Source: Eledone cirrhosa
Taxonomy: Eukaryota
Direction of reading: 5' to 3'
Length of the DNA stretch: 64,000 bases
NCBI GenBank assembly: GCA_964016885.1
Contig: OZ024742.1
Span: forward strand, 202,430,001-202,494,000
Shown here one piece after another: positions 29,964 through 43,296 of the stretch. A model generated the notes under the pieces. It had not been told where the DNA came from. It saw only the letters and a program-made list of their open reading frames with translations, and searched no databases. Both the position numbers and the translations under genes were made by a program. Position 1 is the first letter of the stretch, and every line of letters starts with the position of its first letter.

Positions 29964-32900
29964 TAATTGTAATACGTGACGTATTCTATTCTATAGCGAT
30001 TAGGTCTTCAAAATGTTTATTATAAACATACAGAATATTTTCGAATATTCTATGTCTATATTCACATATATATCGCTATTTCAGAGCATTTATTCCAATT
30101 TCTAATTTCTGCCGGACCGGCAACCGCTCTTTCAAACCAGTTCCTGTACACAGCTAAGTATTCTATAAGTCTCTAGCTGTGTCATTCTCGATAAAAGCAC
30201 TGGGATATGTAGTCCTGAAGATTTCTAACAAGAATGAAACGCGTAGATTACTTCCCTTGCTTTTATCGAGAATCTAATTGTAATACGTGACGTATTCTAT
30301 TCTATAGCGATTAGGTCTTCAAAATGTTTATTATAAACATACAGAATATTTTCGAATATTCTATGTCTATATTCACATATATATCGCTATTTCAGAGCAT
30401 TTATTCCAATTTCTAATTTCTGCCGGACCGGCAACCGCTCTTTCAAACCAGTTCCTGTACACAGCTAAGTATTCTATAAGTCTCTAGCTGTGTCATTCTC
30501 GATAAAAGCACTGGATATGTAGTCCTGAAGATTTCTAACAAGAATGAAACGCGTAGATTACTTCCCTTGCTTTTATCGAGAATCTAATTGTAATACGTGA
30601 CGTATTCTATTCTATAGCGATTAGGTCTTCAAAATGTTTATTATAAACATACAGAATATTTTCGAATATTCTATGTCTATATTCACATATATATCGCTAT
30701 TTCAGAGCATTTATTCCAATTTCTAATTTCTGCCGGACCGGCAACCGCTCTTTCAAAACAGTTCCTGTACACAGCTAAGTATTCTATAAGTCTCTAGCTG
30801 TGTCATTCTCGATAAAAGCACTGGATATGTAGTCCTGAAGATTTCTAACAAGAATGAAACGCGTAGATTACTTCCCTTGCTTTTATCGAGAATCTAATTG
30901 TAATACGTGACGTATTCTATTCTATAGCGATTAGGTCTTCAAAATGTTTATTATAAACATACAGAATATTTTCGAATATTCTATGTCTATATTCACATAT
31001 ATATCGCTATTTCAGAGCATTTATTCCAATTTCTAATTTCTGCCGGACCGGCAACCGCTCTTTCAAACCAGTTCCTGTACACAGCTAAGTATTCTATAAG
31101 TCTCTAGCTGTGTCATTCTCGATAAAAGCACTGGATATGTAGTCCTGAAGATTTCTAACAAGAATGAAACGCGTAGATTACTTCCCTTGCTTTTATCGAG
31201 AATCTAATTGTAATACGTGACGTATTCTATTCTATAGCGATTAGGTCTTCAAAATGTTTATTATAAACATACAGAATATTTTCGAATATTCTATGTCTAT
31301 ATTCACATATATATCGCTATTTCAGAGCATTTATTCCAATTTCTAATTTCTGCCGGACCGGCAACCGCTCTTTCAAACCAGTTCCTGTACACAGCTAAGT
31401 ATTCTATAAGTCTCTAGCTGTGTCATTCTCGATAAAAGCACTGGATATGTAGTCCTGAAGATTTCTAACAAGAATGAAACGCGTAGATTACTTCCCTTGC
31501 TTTTATCGAGAATCTAATTGTAATACGTGACGTATTCTATTCTATAGCGATTAGGTCTTCAAAATGTTTATTATAAACATACAGAATATTTTCGAATATT
31601 CTATGTCTATATTCACATATATATCGCTATTTCAGAGCATTTATTCCAATTTCTAATTTCTGCCGGACCGGCAACCGCTCTTTCAAACCAGTTCCTGTAC
31701 GCAGCTAAGTATTCTATAAGTCTCTAGCTGTGTCATTCTCGATAAAAGCACTGGATATGTAGTCCTGAAGATTTCTAACAAGAATGAAACGCGTAGATTA
31801 CTTCCCTTGCTTTTATCGAGAATCTAATTGTAATACGTGACGTATTCTATTCTATAGCGATTAGGTCTTCAAAATGTTTATTATAAACATACAGAATATT
31901 TTCGAATATTCTATGTCTATATTCACATATATATCGCTATTTCAGAGCATTTATTCCAATTTCTAATTTCTGCCGGACCGGCAACCGCTCTTTCAAAACA
32001 GTTCCTGTACGCAGCTAAGTATTCTATAAGTCTCTAGCTGTGTCATTCTCGATAAAAGCACTGGATATGTAGTCCTGAAGATTTCTAACAAGAATGAAAC
32101 GCGTAGATTACTTCCCTTGCTTTTATCGAGAATCTAATTGTAATACGTGACGTATTCTATTCTATAGCGATTAGGTCTTCAAAATGTTTATTATAAACAT
32201 ACAGAATATTTTCGAATATTCTATGTCTATATTCACATATATATCGCTATTTCAGAGCATTTATTCCAATTTCTAATTTCTGCCGGACCGGCAACCGCTC
32301 TTTCAAACCAGTTCCTGTACGCAGCTAAGTATTCTATAAGTCTCTAGCTGTGTCATTCTCGATAAAAGCACTGGATATGTAGTCCTGAAGATTTCTAACA
32401 AGAATGAAACGCGTAGATTACTTCCCTTGCTTTTATCGAGAATCTAATTGTAATACGTGACGTATTCTATTCTATAGCGATTAGGTCTTCAAAATGTTTA
32501 TTATAAACATACAGAATATTTTCGAATATTCTATGTCTATATTCACATATATATCGCTATTTCAGAGCATTTATTCCAATTTCTAATTTCTGCCGGACCG
32601 GCAACCGCTCTTTCAAACCAGTTCCTGTACACAGCTAAGTATTCTATAAGTCTCTAGCTGTGTCATTCTCGATAAAAGCACTGGATATGTAGTCCTGAAG
32701 ATTTCTAACAAGAATGAAACGCGTAGATTACTTCCCTTGCTTTTATCGAGAATCTAATTGTAATACGTGACGTATTCTATTCTATAGCGATTAGGTCTTC
32801 AAAATGTTTATTATAAACATACAGAATATTTTCGAATATTCTATGTCTATATTCACATATATATCGCTATTTCAGAGCATTTATTCCAATTTCTAATTTC

Positions 32901-35900
32901 TGCCGGACCGGCAACCGCTCTTTCAAAACAGTTCCTGTACGCAGCTAAGTATTCTATAAGTCTCTAGCTGTGTCATTCTCGATAAAAGCACTGGATATGT
33001 AGTCCTGAAGATTTCTAACAAGAATGAAACGCGTAGATTACTTCCCTTGCTTTTATCGAGAATCTAATTGTAATACGTGACGTATTCTATTCTATAGCGA
33101 TTAGGTCTTCAAAATGTTTATTATAAACATACAGAATATTTTCGAATATTCTATGTCTATATTCACATATATATCGCTATTTCAGAGCATTTATTCCAAT
33201 TTCTAATTTCTGCCGGACCGGCAACCGCTCTTTCAAACCAGTTCCTGTACGCAGCTAAGTATTCTATAAGTCTCTAGCTGTGTCATTCTCGATAAAAGCA
33301 CTGGATATGTAGTCCTGAAGATTTCTAACAAGAATGAAACGCGTAGATTACTTCCCTTGCTTTTATCGAGAATCTAATTGTAATACGTGACGTATTCTAT
33401 TCTATAGCGATTAGGTCTTCAAAATGTTTATTATAAACATACAGAATATTTTCGAATATTCTATGTCTATATTCACATATATATCGCTATTTCAGAGCAT
33501 TTATTCCAATTTCTAATTTCTGCCGGACCGGCAACCGCTCTTTCAAACCAGTTCCTGTACACAGCTAAGTATTCTATAAGTCTCTAGCTGTGTCATTCTC
33601 GATAAAAGCACTGGATATGTAGTCCTGAAGATTTATAACAAGAATGAAACGCGTAGATTACTTCCCTTGCTTTTATCGAGAATCTAATTGTAATACGTGA
33701 CGTATTCTATTCTATAGCGATTAGGTCTTCAAAATGTTTATTATAAACATACAGAATATTTTCGAATATTCTATGTCTATATTCACATATATATCGCTAT
33801 TTCAGAGCATTTATTCCAATTTCTAATTTCTGCCGGACCGGCAACCGCTCTTTCAAACCAGTTCCTGTACACAGCTAAGTATTCTATAAGTCTCTAGCTG
33901 TGTCATTCTCGATAAAAGCACTGGATATGTAGTCCTGAAGATTTCTAACAAGAATGAAACGCGTAGATTACTTCCCTTGCTTTTATCGAGAATCTAATTG
34001 TAATACGTGACGTATTCTATTCTATAGCGATTAGGTCTTCAAAATGTTTATTATTAACATACAGAATATTTTCGAATATTCTATGTCTATATTCACATAT
34101 ATATCGCTATTTCAGAGCATTTATTCCAATTTCTAATTTCTGCCGGACCGGCAACCGCTCTTTCAAACCAGTTCCTGTACACAGCTAAGTATTCTATAAG
34201 TCTCTAGCTGTGTCATTCTCGATAAAAGCACTGGATATGTAGTCCTGAAGATTTCTAACAAGAATGAAACGCGTAGATTACTTCCCTTGCTTTTATCGAG
34301 AATCTAATTGTAATACGTGACGTATTCTATTCTATAGCGATTAGGTCTTCAAAATGTTTATTATAAACATACAGAATATTTTCGAATATTCTATGTCTAT
34401 ATTCACATATATATCGCTATTTCAGAGCATTTATTCCAATTTCTAATTTCTGCCGGACCGGCAACCGCTCTTTCAAACCAGTTCCTGTACACAGCTAAGT
34501 ATTCTATAAGTCTCTAGCTGTGTCATTCTCGATAAAAGCACTGGATATGTAGTCCTGAAGATTTCTAACAAGAATGAAACGCGTAGATTACTTCCCTTGC
34601 TTTTATCGAGAATCTAATTGTAATACGTGACGTATTCTATTCTATAGCGATTAGGTCTTCAAAATGTTTATTATAAACATACAGAATATTTTCGAATATT
34701 CTATGTCTATATTCACATATATATCGCTATTTCAGAGCATTTATTCCAATTTCTAATTTCTGCCGGACCGGCAACCGCTCTTTCAAACCAGTTCCTGTAC
34801 ACAGCTAAGTATTCTATAAGTCTCTAGCTGTGTCATTCTCGATAAAAGCACTGGATATGTAGTCCTGAAGATTTCTAACAAGAATGAAACGCGTAGATTA
34901 CTTCCCTTGCTTTTATCGAGAATCTAATTGTAATACGTGACGTATTCTATTCTATAGCGATTAGGTCTTCAAAATGTTTATTATAAACATACAGAATATT
35001 TTCGAATATTCTATGTCTATATTCACATATATATCGCTATTTCAGAGCATTTATTCCAATTTCTAATTTCTGCCGGACCGGCAACCGCTCTTTCAAACCA
35101 GTTCCTGTACACAGCTAAGTATTCTATAAGTCTCTAGCTGTGTCATTCTCGATAAAAGCACTGGATATGTAGTCCTGAAGATTTCTAACAAGAATGAAAC
35201 GCGTAGATTACTTCCCTTGCTTTTATCGAGAATCTAATTGTAATACGTGACGTATTCTATTCTATAGCGATTAGGTCTTCAAAATGTTTATTATAAACAT
35301 ACAGAATATTTTCGAATATTCTATGTCTATATTCACATATATATCGCTATTTTAGAGCATTTATTCCAATTTCTAATTTCTGCCGGACCGGCAACCGCTC
35401 TTTCAAACCAGTTCCTGTACACAGCTAAGTATTCTATAAGTCTCTAGCTGTGTCATTCTCGATAAAAGCACTGGATATGTAGTCCTGAAGATTTCTAACA
35501 AGAATGAAACGCGTAGATTACTTCCCTTGCTTTTATCGAGAATCTAATTGTAATACGTGACGTATTCTATTCTATAGCGATTAGGTCTTCAAAATGTTTA
35601 TTATAAACATACAGAATATTTTCGAATATTCTATGTCTATATTCACATATATATCGCTATTTCAGAGCATTTATTCCAATTTCTAATTTCTGCCGGACCG
35701 GCAACCGCTCTTTCAAACCAGTTCCTGTACACAGCTAAGTATTCTATAAGTCTCTAGCTGTGTCATTCTCGATAAAAGCACTGGATATGTAGTCCTGAAG
35801 ATTTCTAACAAGAATGAAACGCGTAGATTACTTCCCTTGCTTTTATCGAGAATCTAATTGTAATACGTGACGTATTCTATTCTATAGCGATTAGGTCTTC

Positions 35901-37204
35901 AAAATGTTTATTATAAACATACAGAATATTTTCGAATATTCTATGTCTATATTCACATATATATCGCTATTTCAGAGCATTTATTCCAATTTCTAATTTC
36001 TGCCGGACCGGCAACCGCTCTTTCAAACCAGTTCCTGTACGCAGCTAAGTATTCTATAAGTCTCTAGCTGTGTCATTCTCGATAAAAGCACTGGATATGT
36101 AGTCCTGAAGATTTCTAACAAGAATGAAACGCGTAGATTACTTCCCTTGCTTTTATCGAGAATCTAATTGTAATACGTGACGTATTCTATTCTATAGCGA
36201 TTAGGTCTTCAAAATGTTTATTATAAACATACAGAATATTTTCGAATATTCTATGTCTATATTCACATATATATCGCTATTTCAGAGCATTTATTCCAAT
36301 TTCTAATTTCTGCCGGACCGGCAACCGCTCTTTCAAAACAGTTCCTGTACGCAGCTAAGTATTCTATAAGTCTCTAGCTGTGTCATTCTCGATAAAAGCA
36401 CTGGATATGTAGTCCTGAAGATTTCTAACAAGAATGAAACGCGTAGATTACTTCCCTTGCTTTTATCGAGAATCTAATTGTAATACGTGACGTATTCTAT
36501 TCTATAGCGATTAGGTCTTCAAAATGTTTATTATAAACATACAGAATATTTTCGAATATTCTATGTCTATATTCACATATATATCGCTATTTCAGAGCAT
36601 TTATTCCAATTTCTAATTTCTGCCGGACCGGCAACCGCTCTTTCAAACCAGTTCCTGTACACAGCTAAGTATTCTATAAGTCTCTAGCTGTGTCATTCTC
36701 GATAAAAGCACTGGATATGTAGTCCTGAAGATTTCTAACAAGAATGAAACGCGTAGATTACTTCCCTTGCTTTTATCGAGAATCTAATTGTAATACGTGA
36801 CGTATTCTATTCTATAGCGATTAGGTCTTCAAAATGTTTATTATAAACATACAGAATATTTTCGAATATTCTATGTCTATATTCACATATATATCGCTAT
36901 TTCAGAGCATTTATTCCAATTTCTAATTTCTGCCGGACCGGCAACCGCTCTTTCAAACCAGTTCCTGTACACAGCTAAGTATTCTATAAGTCTCTAGCTG
37001 TGTCATTCTCGATAAAAGCACTGGATATGTAGTCCTGAAGATTTCTAACAAGAATGAAACGCGTAGATTACTTCCCTTGCTTTTATCGAGAATCTAATTG
37101 TAATACGTGACGTATTCTATTCTATAGCGATTAGGTCTTCAAAATGTTTATTATAAACATACAGAATATTTTCGAATATTCTATGTCTATATTCACATAT
37201 ATAT
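29961..37204 (+). repeat. Tandem array of a 310-bp hammerhead-containing unit, ~23.4 copies (retrozyme-like satellite)
   Basis: ctggatatgt recurs every 310 bp (30511, 30821 ... 37021); units almost identical; no ORF; (TA)n at both outer ends. Confidence 0.97.
30495..30583 (+). ncRNA. Type I hammerhead ribozyme of the array unit (representative of 23 plus-strand copies)
   Basis: gtagtc-CTGAAGA-t-ttct(aaca)agaa-t-GAAAC-gc-GTA|gattac; stem I continues through an internal loop into a perfect 16-bp helix attctcgataaaagca/tgcttttatcgagaat; predicted cut after 30555. Confidence 0.9.
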
Positions 37205-37646
37205 ATATATATATATACAGGTACACATACATATATGTACGTATCAGTTTAGCGGACGCTTATTATAGCGCCCGCTTTGTTCGTTTGTAAACAAACTGAA
37301 CAGCCTGAATTTATGCCGCACGGTGTTAAGGCAACCACGTCACCTTTTTGTTCAACACTGACACAGGAACGATGTACTAGTTTCAAGCTTGTTAGCTATC
37401 ATCAGCACCGTATACCCTTCTGCCAGATGGTTGAACGTTCGAAAGTATATACTTTCTTTATGAAAATTAACGGCTGAGCAGCCTAATTTGCATATCGAGT
37501 GAGTTAAATCGGTCAGGCACACCGAAAACGATGAGTTGTAATAAAATGAAAACGAAATTTCATTTCTCACTCTTAGACGGCACTTACTTAAATGTAAGTA
37601 TGTATGTATACGTACATACATATATGTATACAGACGTACAGTAGCA

Positions 37647-37708
<62 letters not shown>

Positions 37709-38726
37709 CAGGTACACATATATATACGTATACATACATACTTACATTTATATATATATATATATATATAGATAGATAGATAGATAGATATGAAAAGAGT
37801 CAGGACTCCATGACAGACAAAAACAAAACAAAATAAAACAAACATTTATGATTTTTTTACTTAGATATTTTTGCTTCTTTTTGCTTTGACTGCATGCCAA
37901 TATATAAGTTCAGCTAGATTCCCATCGTTCTAATACTGGTGGCTTAGTTTGGATCTAGCTGTCTAAACGGCCGGAGCTCAGCCGTCGGGGTCCTGACTCT
38001 TCTCCTATTTCCTATTATCCACTCTACTACCCTAAGTATTGAGTATTCTGGTACGTTATGGTCCACCTGGTATCTTACCTCACCCTCTTTGTTAAATATA
38101 TATAAACCAGGAGGCTTATCACACCGCTGCTTATCCCTGTTTTCATTGGTAACAAGCGACTGCGTGTACAAGTCTTCGAATTTGAAATGACAGTCAATCG
38201 AATGTTCAACTATCAGTAACTGTGTGTACTTATTGTGAAACTGAGTGTCCTGGAACAGCGTGAAATGAAGTCTTTTGTAAACAAGATCACCGCTCAACCA
38301 CGTACAGGAATCAAACCCACGACTTCATGAGCCTAATAATTAGATCACGCGCCTTCACTCACACCTCTACAATGTTATCAGCAACCAGTTGGTCACAGTT
38401 TGACGCACATTCACTCACAGCTTTGTTCAGACAAAGACACACACACACACGCACAAACACACACACACATACAAACACGCACATACACACACACACACAC
38501 GTACACACACATGTCCACTCACAAATATAGAAGGGTGATCGCCCTTTCAAAACCTCTAATATCTAAGATACATTTTGATATGCAAATCTGGCTGATCAGT
38601 GTCTGCTATGAAGATCTGACTGATCAGCCAGTAGGCTAATATGCAAATCAGGCCAATCAATCATTGTATATTTCAGAAAATATCATATATTTTCACTAGC
38701 TCTGACAGTTAGCAGGTAAGCTGTAT

Positions 38727-38773
38727 ACGGCACTGATGAAGAGTAATCACCCGGAAACATCAGTGTCTGCCGT
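38727..38773 (+). ncRNA. Type I hammerhead ribozyme
   Basis: acggca-CTGATGA-agagt(aatc)acccg-GAAACa-tcag-tGTC-tgccgt. Confidence 0.75.
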
Positions 38774-38942
38774 TCTGTTTATATGCCAACACAAGAAGAG
38801 GAAAAATGACGAGGTCATTCTACTGACTTGGCTTAAAGATGTTGTTTGCATAATTGCAAACGAATCGAATATTATAATTAAAATTCGAAAAACTCATATA
38901 ACATATATATATATATATATATATCATATATATATATATATA

Positions 38943-41900
38943 TCTTAGTCTTAGTCTTAGTTCCTCCAGTCCCTTGTGGAACATTGGGCGACGAGTTTCC
39001 CCCACTTGATCCTGTCACTGGCGGTCCTTCTAGCACCTCACCAGGTAATTCCCATCCCCCGCAGGTCCTCCCTGAATGTGCTCCGCCATGTTTTTCGTGG
39101 TCTTCCCCGTTCTCTCCTGCCACCTTCTGGTACCCAATCCATGGCAATATGAGCAGGTCGATCTGCCGGCAAACGAAGGATGTGGCCCGCGAACCGCCGT
39201 CTCCTTTTCCGGACAATCTCCCTTAACCTCTCCAATCTTAACCTCCTCATCATTTCCTCGTTGCTAACTTGGTCTCTCCATGAAATGTTCAATATGGTCC
39301 GAATGCAACGACGGTGGAATACATCAAGTTACATACACTTTCCGTACTCTTCCATGTCTCACAGGCATATATCGCTGTTGGTACTACAATGGACATGTAA
39401 ACACGGAATTTGACGGCGTTGCCGATGGAACACCTGGACCATACCGGACGGAGTCGCTGGAAGACCGCCGATGCTTTTCCCAGCCTTGTGCGCACATCCA
39501 CCTCAGCATCCCCATCGTCAGAGATGTTGCTGCCAAGGTATTGGAAGTGGTTTACACATTCAATGTTACGCTGACCAACCATGATGGGAGGATTTGGAGG
39601 GTCACCTGTCGACATGGTCTTGGTTTTTTCACAACTGATGCGCAGGCCAACTTTCTCTGCATTGTCATTTAGAACGTTTGTCATCTCTTGCAGGTCTTCT
39701 CGGGAATGGCCTATCACTGCGATGTCATCGGCAAAGTCCAGGTCGCTTAATCTCCTTCCATCCCAACTGATGCCAAAACGAGAGTCACTCATTGTCTTCT
39801 TCGTGATGAAATCGATGACAATGAGGAAAAGGAAAGGCGAAAGAATGCAGCCCTGTCCAACACCCGTCAAGATGTCAAACATTTCCGCGTTTCCGTCCTT
39901 TGTCCTAACGCAGCACCTGGAATGTCGGTACAGTGACCTGACGATGTTAATATATTTTTCTGAGACACCGTAGAGTCTTACAATCTTCAACAATGACTCC
40001 CGATGAACACTGTCGAAAGCTTTCCTGAAGTCAATGTAGTTGACAACAAGGGACTTGTGGAACTCCCAACATTGTTCAATGATATTCCGGAGAGTGAAGA
40101 TCTGCTCTGAACAAGACCTTCCACTGCGGAAGCCAGCCTGTTCGTCTCGAAGATGACGATCTACTTCTGCTCTCAGCCGGTTCAGGATGATTGTGCAGAA
40201 TACTTTCCCTGGCACTGATAGCAACGTGATCTCTCTCCAGTTGTTGCAGTCGCTGAGACAGCCCTTCTTTGGTAGTGGTACAATCACTCCATTTCCCCAG
40301 TCCTCCAGCACCTCCTCTTATTGCCAAATCACATTGCATAAATGGGTGAGCTGCTCCTCTATTACATCCTTGCCGTGCTTCAGAAGCTCTGCAGGAATCT
40401 CATCCAGCCCTGCCGCTTTGTTATTCTTTTGGCAGTGGATGGTCTTGGCCACCTCAGCTCTTGTGATGTCGTCTAGTCGTACATCCAGCTCGCTTCCACC
40501 CAGTCAAGCTCGAAGACTGTGTCGGGGATGGATGATTGAGGACCTCACGAAAGTGTTCGTTCCACCTCTTGGCTTGCTCATCACTGGCTGCAAGCATCCG
40601 ACCATCTTTGCTCTTGATTGGCAAACTGTTTCCACTTCGTCCTCCAGTTAGCTCTCTGACGATGCGGTACAGCATCCTGGAATCATTTCGATCTGCTGCC
40701 ACCCGTGCCTCTGCAGCCCGATCTTCTAACCACTGGTGTTTGTATTTTCGGCAGCTCTTCTTTACTTCCTTGTCAAGATGTCTCTACTCTTTGTCCACTT
40801 CCTTCCATTGCTGTCGAGTTTTGCTTTGATCTCTTTTGTTCTTAACATCCTTCCTCTCGTCAATGAGATTCTATGAAGTACTGCTGATCCACTGTTCCCG
40901 GTTGGTCCCCCTTCTTCTTCCAATAACTACATCAGCACTCGCTCTGGCCGCCCGATCAAACATCTGCCACTGGACTTCACAGTTCTGTGCGTGCTGTAGT
41001 TCTTGAAATTTATTTCTGATCTCCAGATAGAATCCCTCTGACCTGCCTTGGTCTTTCAGGCTTGCGACAGCCTATGGCCTCACGGTCTTATTTGCTTTGT
41101 TCTTCTTCAACCTCAAGCGGATTTTTCCAACCACAAGATGATGGTCATATCTGACGTCTGCCCCTCGGTAGGTGCGAACATCCAAGAGAGAGGAACGCCA
41201 CCTCGTGCCAATGCAGATATAATCAATCTCATTCCTGGTGTTGCCATCAGGGGAAGTCCATGTCATCTTGTGAATCCGCCTATGGGTGAAGAATGTATTC
41301 CCGATGGAGAGATTGCTGATACTACTCAGGGACAGCAAACGTTCCCCGTTGTTATTAGTGGAATTAGCTGAACCGTGGGAGCCAATGGCTGAATTCATTT
41401 CTTTCCTGTCTCCATCTAGCTTGGCATTGACGTCACCAATCACCATCCTAATGTCTTACCTGGTTGTTTCCTCTAGGACATCCTGTAGTTGGATAAAGAA
41501 GGTATCCTTATCTTCATCTGAGGCAGCTTCAGTCGGGGCGTAGACTTATGCTCAATCTGGCAGTAATAATTCGTTCACTCACTGGCCTCCATCCCACAAG
41601 AGCCTGTGATACATCTCCGGTGAGGATGATACCAACTCCGTGGACATGGTAGTCATGATCACCGGAGTAGAGAATAGTCATGTCTCCGCTGTCGAGTCGT
41701 CCCCGTCCTGTCCACCTCGTCTCGCTGATGCCCATGATGTCAAGGCGATATTCTCTCATCTCCTTCAGCACCTGCTCCATCCGCCCGTCCCGAAAGAGCG
41801 TGCGGACATTCCAGGTGCCTACTCTTGTGTTTGATTTGGCGTTGAAGATAGGACTTATCCGCAGTCGGGCCTCCTTTCGGCTTTGACCCGGCCCCATCAT

Positions 41901-41953
41901 AAGTGCATCCAGGTATGACGTGTCTTCTTTTTTCCGCCGCTGGGTATCAAAAT

Positions 41954-41955
<2 letters not shown>
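38943..41955 (-). mobile_element. RTE-clade LINE, near full length but disrupted (APE endonuclease + RT)
   Basis: VGTWNVRTL, GISETRW, NEIDYI, DHHLV; EQAGFR, IDFRKAFDSV, QGCILSP, DFADD, YLGS; RGRPRKTW; (TAAGAC)n 3' tail. Confidence 0.93.
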
Positions 41956-41985
<30 letters not shown>

Positions 41986-42119
41986 GGAACAAGTAAGACC
42001 CTGACAGCTGAGCTCAAGCCGTCGGGGTCTTACTTGTTCCTATTACCCACTCTACTACCCTAAGTATTGAGTACTTTGGTGCGTTATGGTCCACTTGGTC
42101 CCTTACCACATTTCCTTCG

Positions 42120-42163
<44 letters not shown>

Positions 42164-43238
42164 CCCTACTGTTTCCAATCCCATAGAATTTGCCTGTAGC
42201 TTACAATTCCCCTCTTCGCCACTCCCATCTGAACCCTTGACAAGTCAACTAACACTATTGGGATACACATATATTTCATATATTTACAGAGCATTTCCTT
42301 TTTTCCTAAAATCAATTTTGTTCTATGTGAAGAAACACAACTACCAACACTGCTGCTACTACCACCTATCTCTATATACACAAGAGTTCATTTTTCAGTC
42401 TCCTTCTCAACAAGGAAGATGAAAAAACTTACCTCAACACTTAACTTAAATCTTTAATTTTTAGTTTTTAAACCTTTTTAATTATTTTTAATGTTGATGC
42501 TCAACATTTGATGAGATACATTTTACTGATACATCGAAACCAGTAATACTAATACATCGAAACTAGAATGGTGTTTTCATTCTACTGACATGGCTTAAAG
42601 AGGCTGTTTGCATAATTGCAAACGAATCGAATATTATTGGCAGTATCGGAAGAGGGTCGGACGCCATGCTTTGAAGCATAGAGTTACTTCCCTGTATGAT
42701 CTGAGTTCAAATCCCGCTGTGGTTAACTTTGCCTTTCATCCTTACAGGGTCGATAAAATAAAGTACCAGTAATGCACTGGTAATTTGCTGGCCTTGTGCC
42801 AAAGTAGAGACAATTATTAATATTCGAAAAACTCAGATTACATTTATTGTATTCAGCCATGAGACCGTTAAAACTATTTGTTAGTTACTTTGAATAGTAT
42901 TTCCCCAAAATGTCTGTCTGGCCACATACGTACGTTTTTTCCGTTTGTTACACTTCTCATTTTCCTCTATGTTTCTATTTCTCCTTTTATTTCCCATACT
43001 AGCTTCTGGGGAAGGATTAGCTTTTTGGACTGTCTTCCTTCCTACTACATCAAGCGTTAAAATAATGTATATATCTTCATTGTACTGCATAGTTTGGTTT
43101 GTTGTCTTCTGTCTAGGTTTTGTATACAAACGCACGTATATACATATATTTATATATATCGACACGCACATATGCATATATATATATATAATAAAATAAC
43201 AGGAGGCTGGACCAGGGTAAATCCTTGAAAGGTTTATT

Positions 43239-43296
43239 ATACTATGATCATTTCAATGACCGGGTTAAGTATGAATCCGGTGATATCATCAGGTAT
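43239..43296 (-). ncRNA. Type I hammerhead ribozyme in an inverted pLTR-like copy
   Basis: atac-CTGATGA-tatcaccgg..ccggtcatt-GAAAT-gatc-ATA-gtat. Confidence 0.8.

Noticed and set aside
29961-37204. CRISPR array or coding repeat
   Set aside because: Units are identical over their whole length with no unique spacers, no cas genes and no ORF; eukaryotic context
42503-42550. HHR-like TTGATGA...GAAAC-ca-GTA
   Set aside because: Stem I and stem II largely decayed; probably a dead relative of 13823
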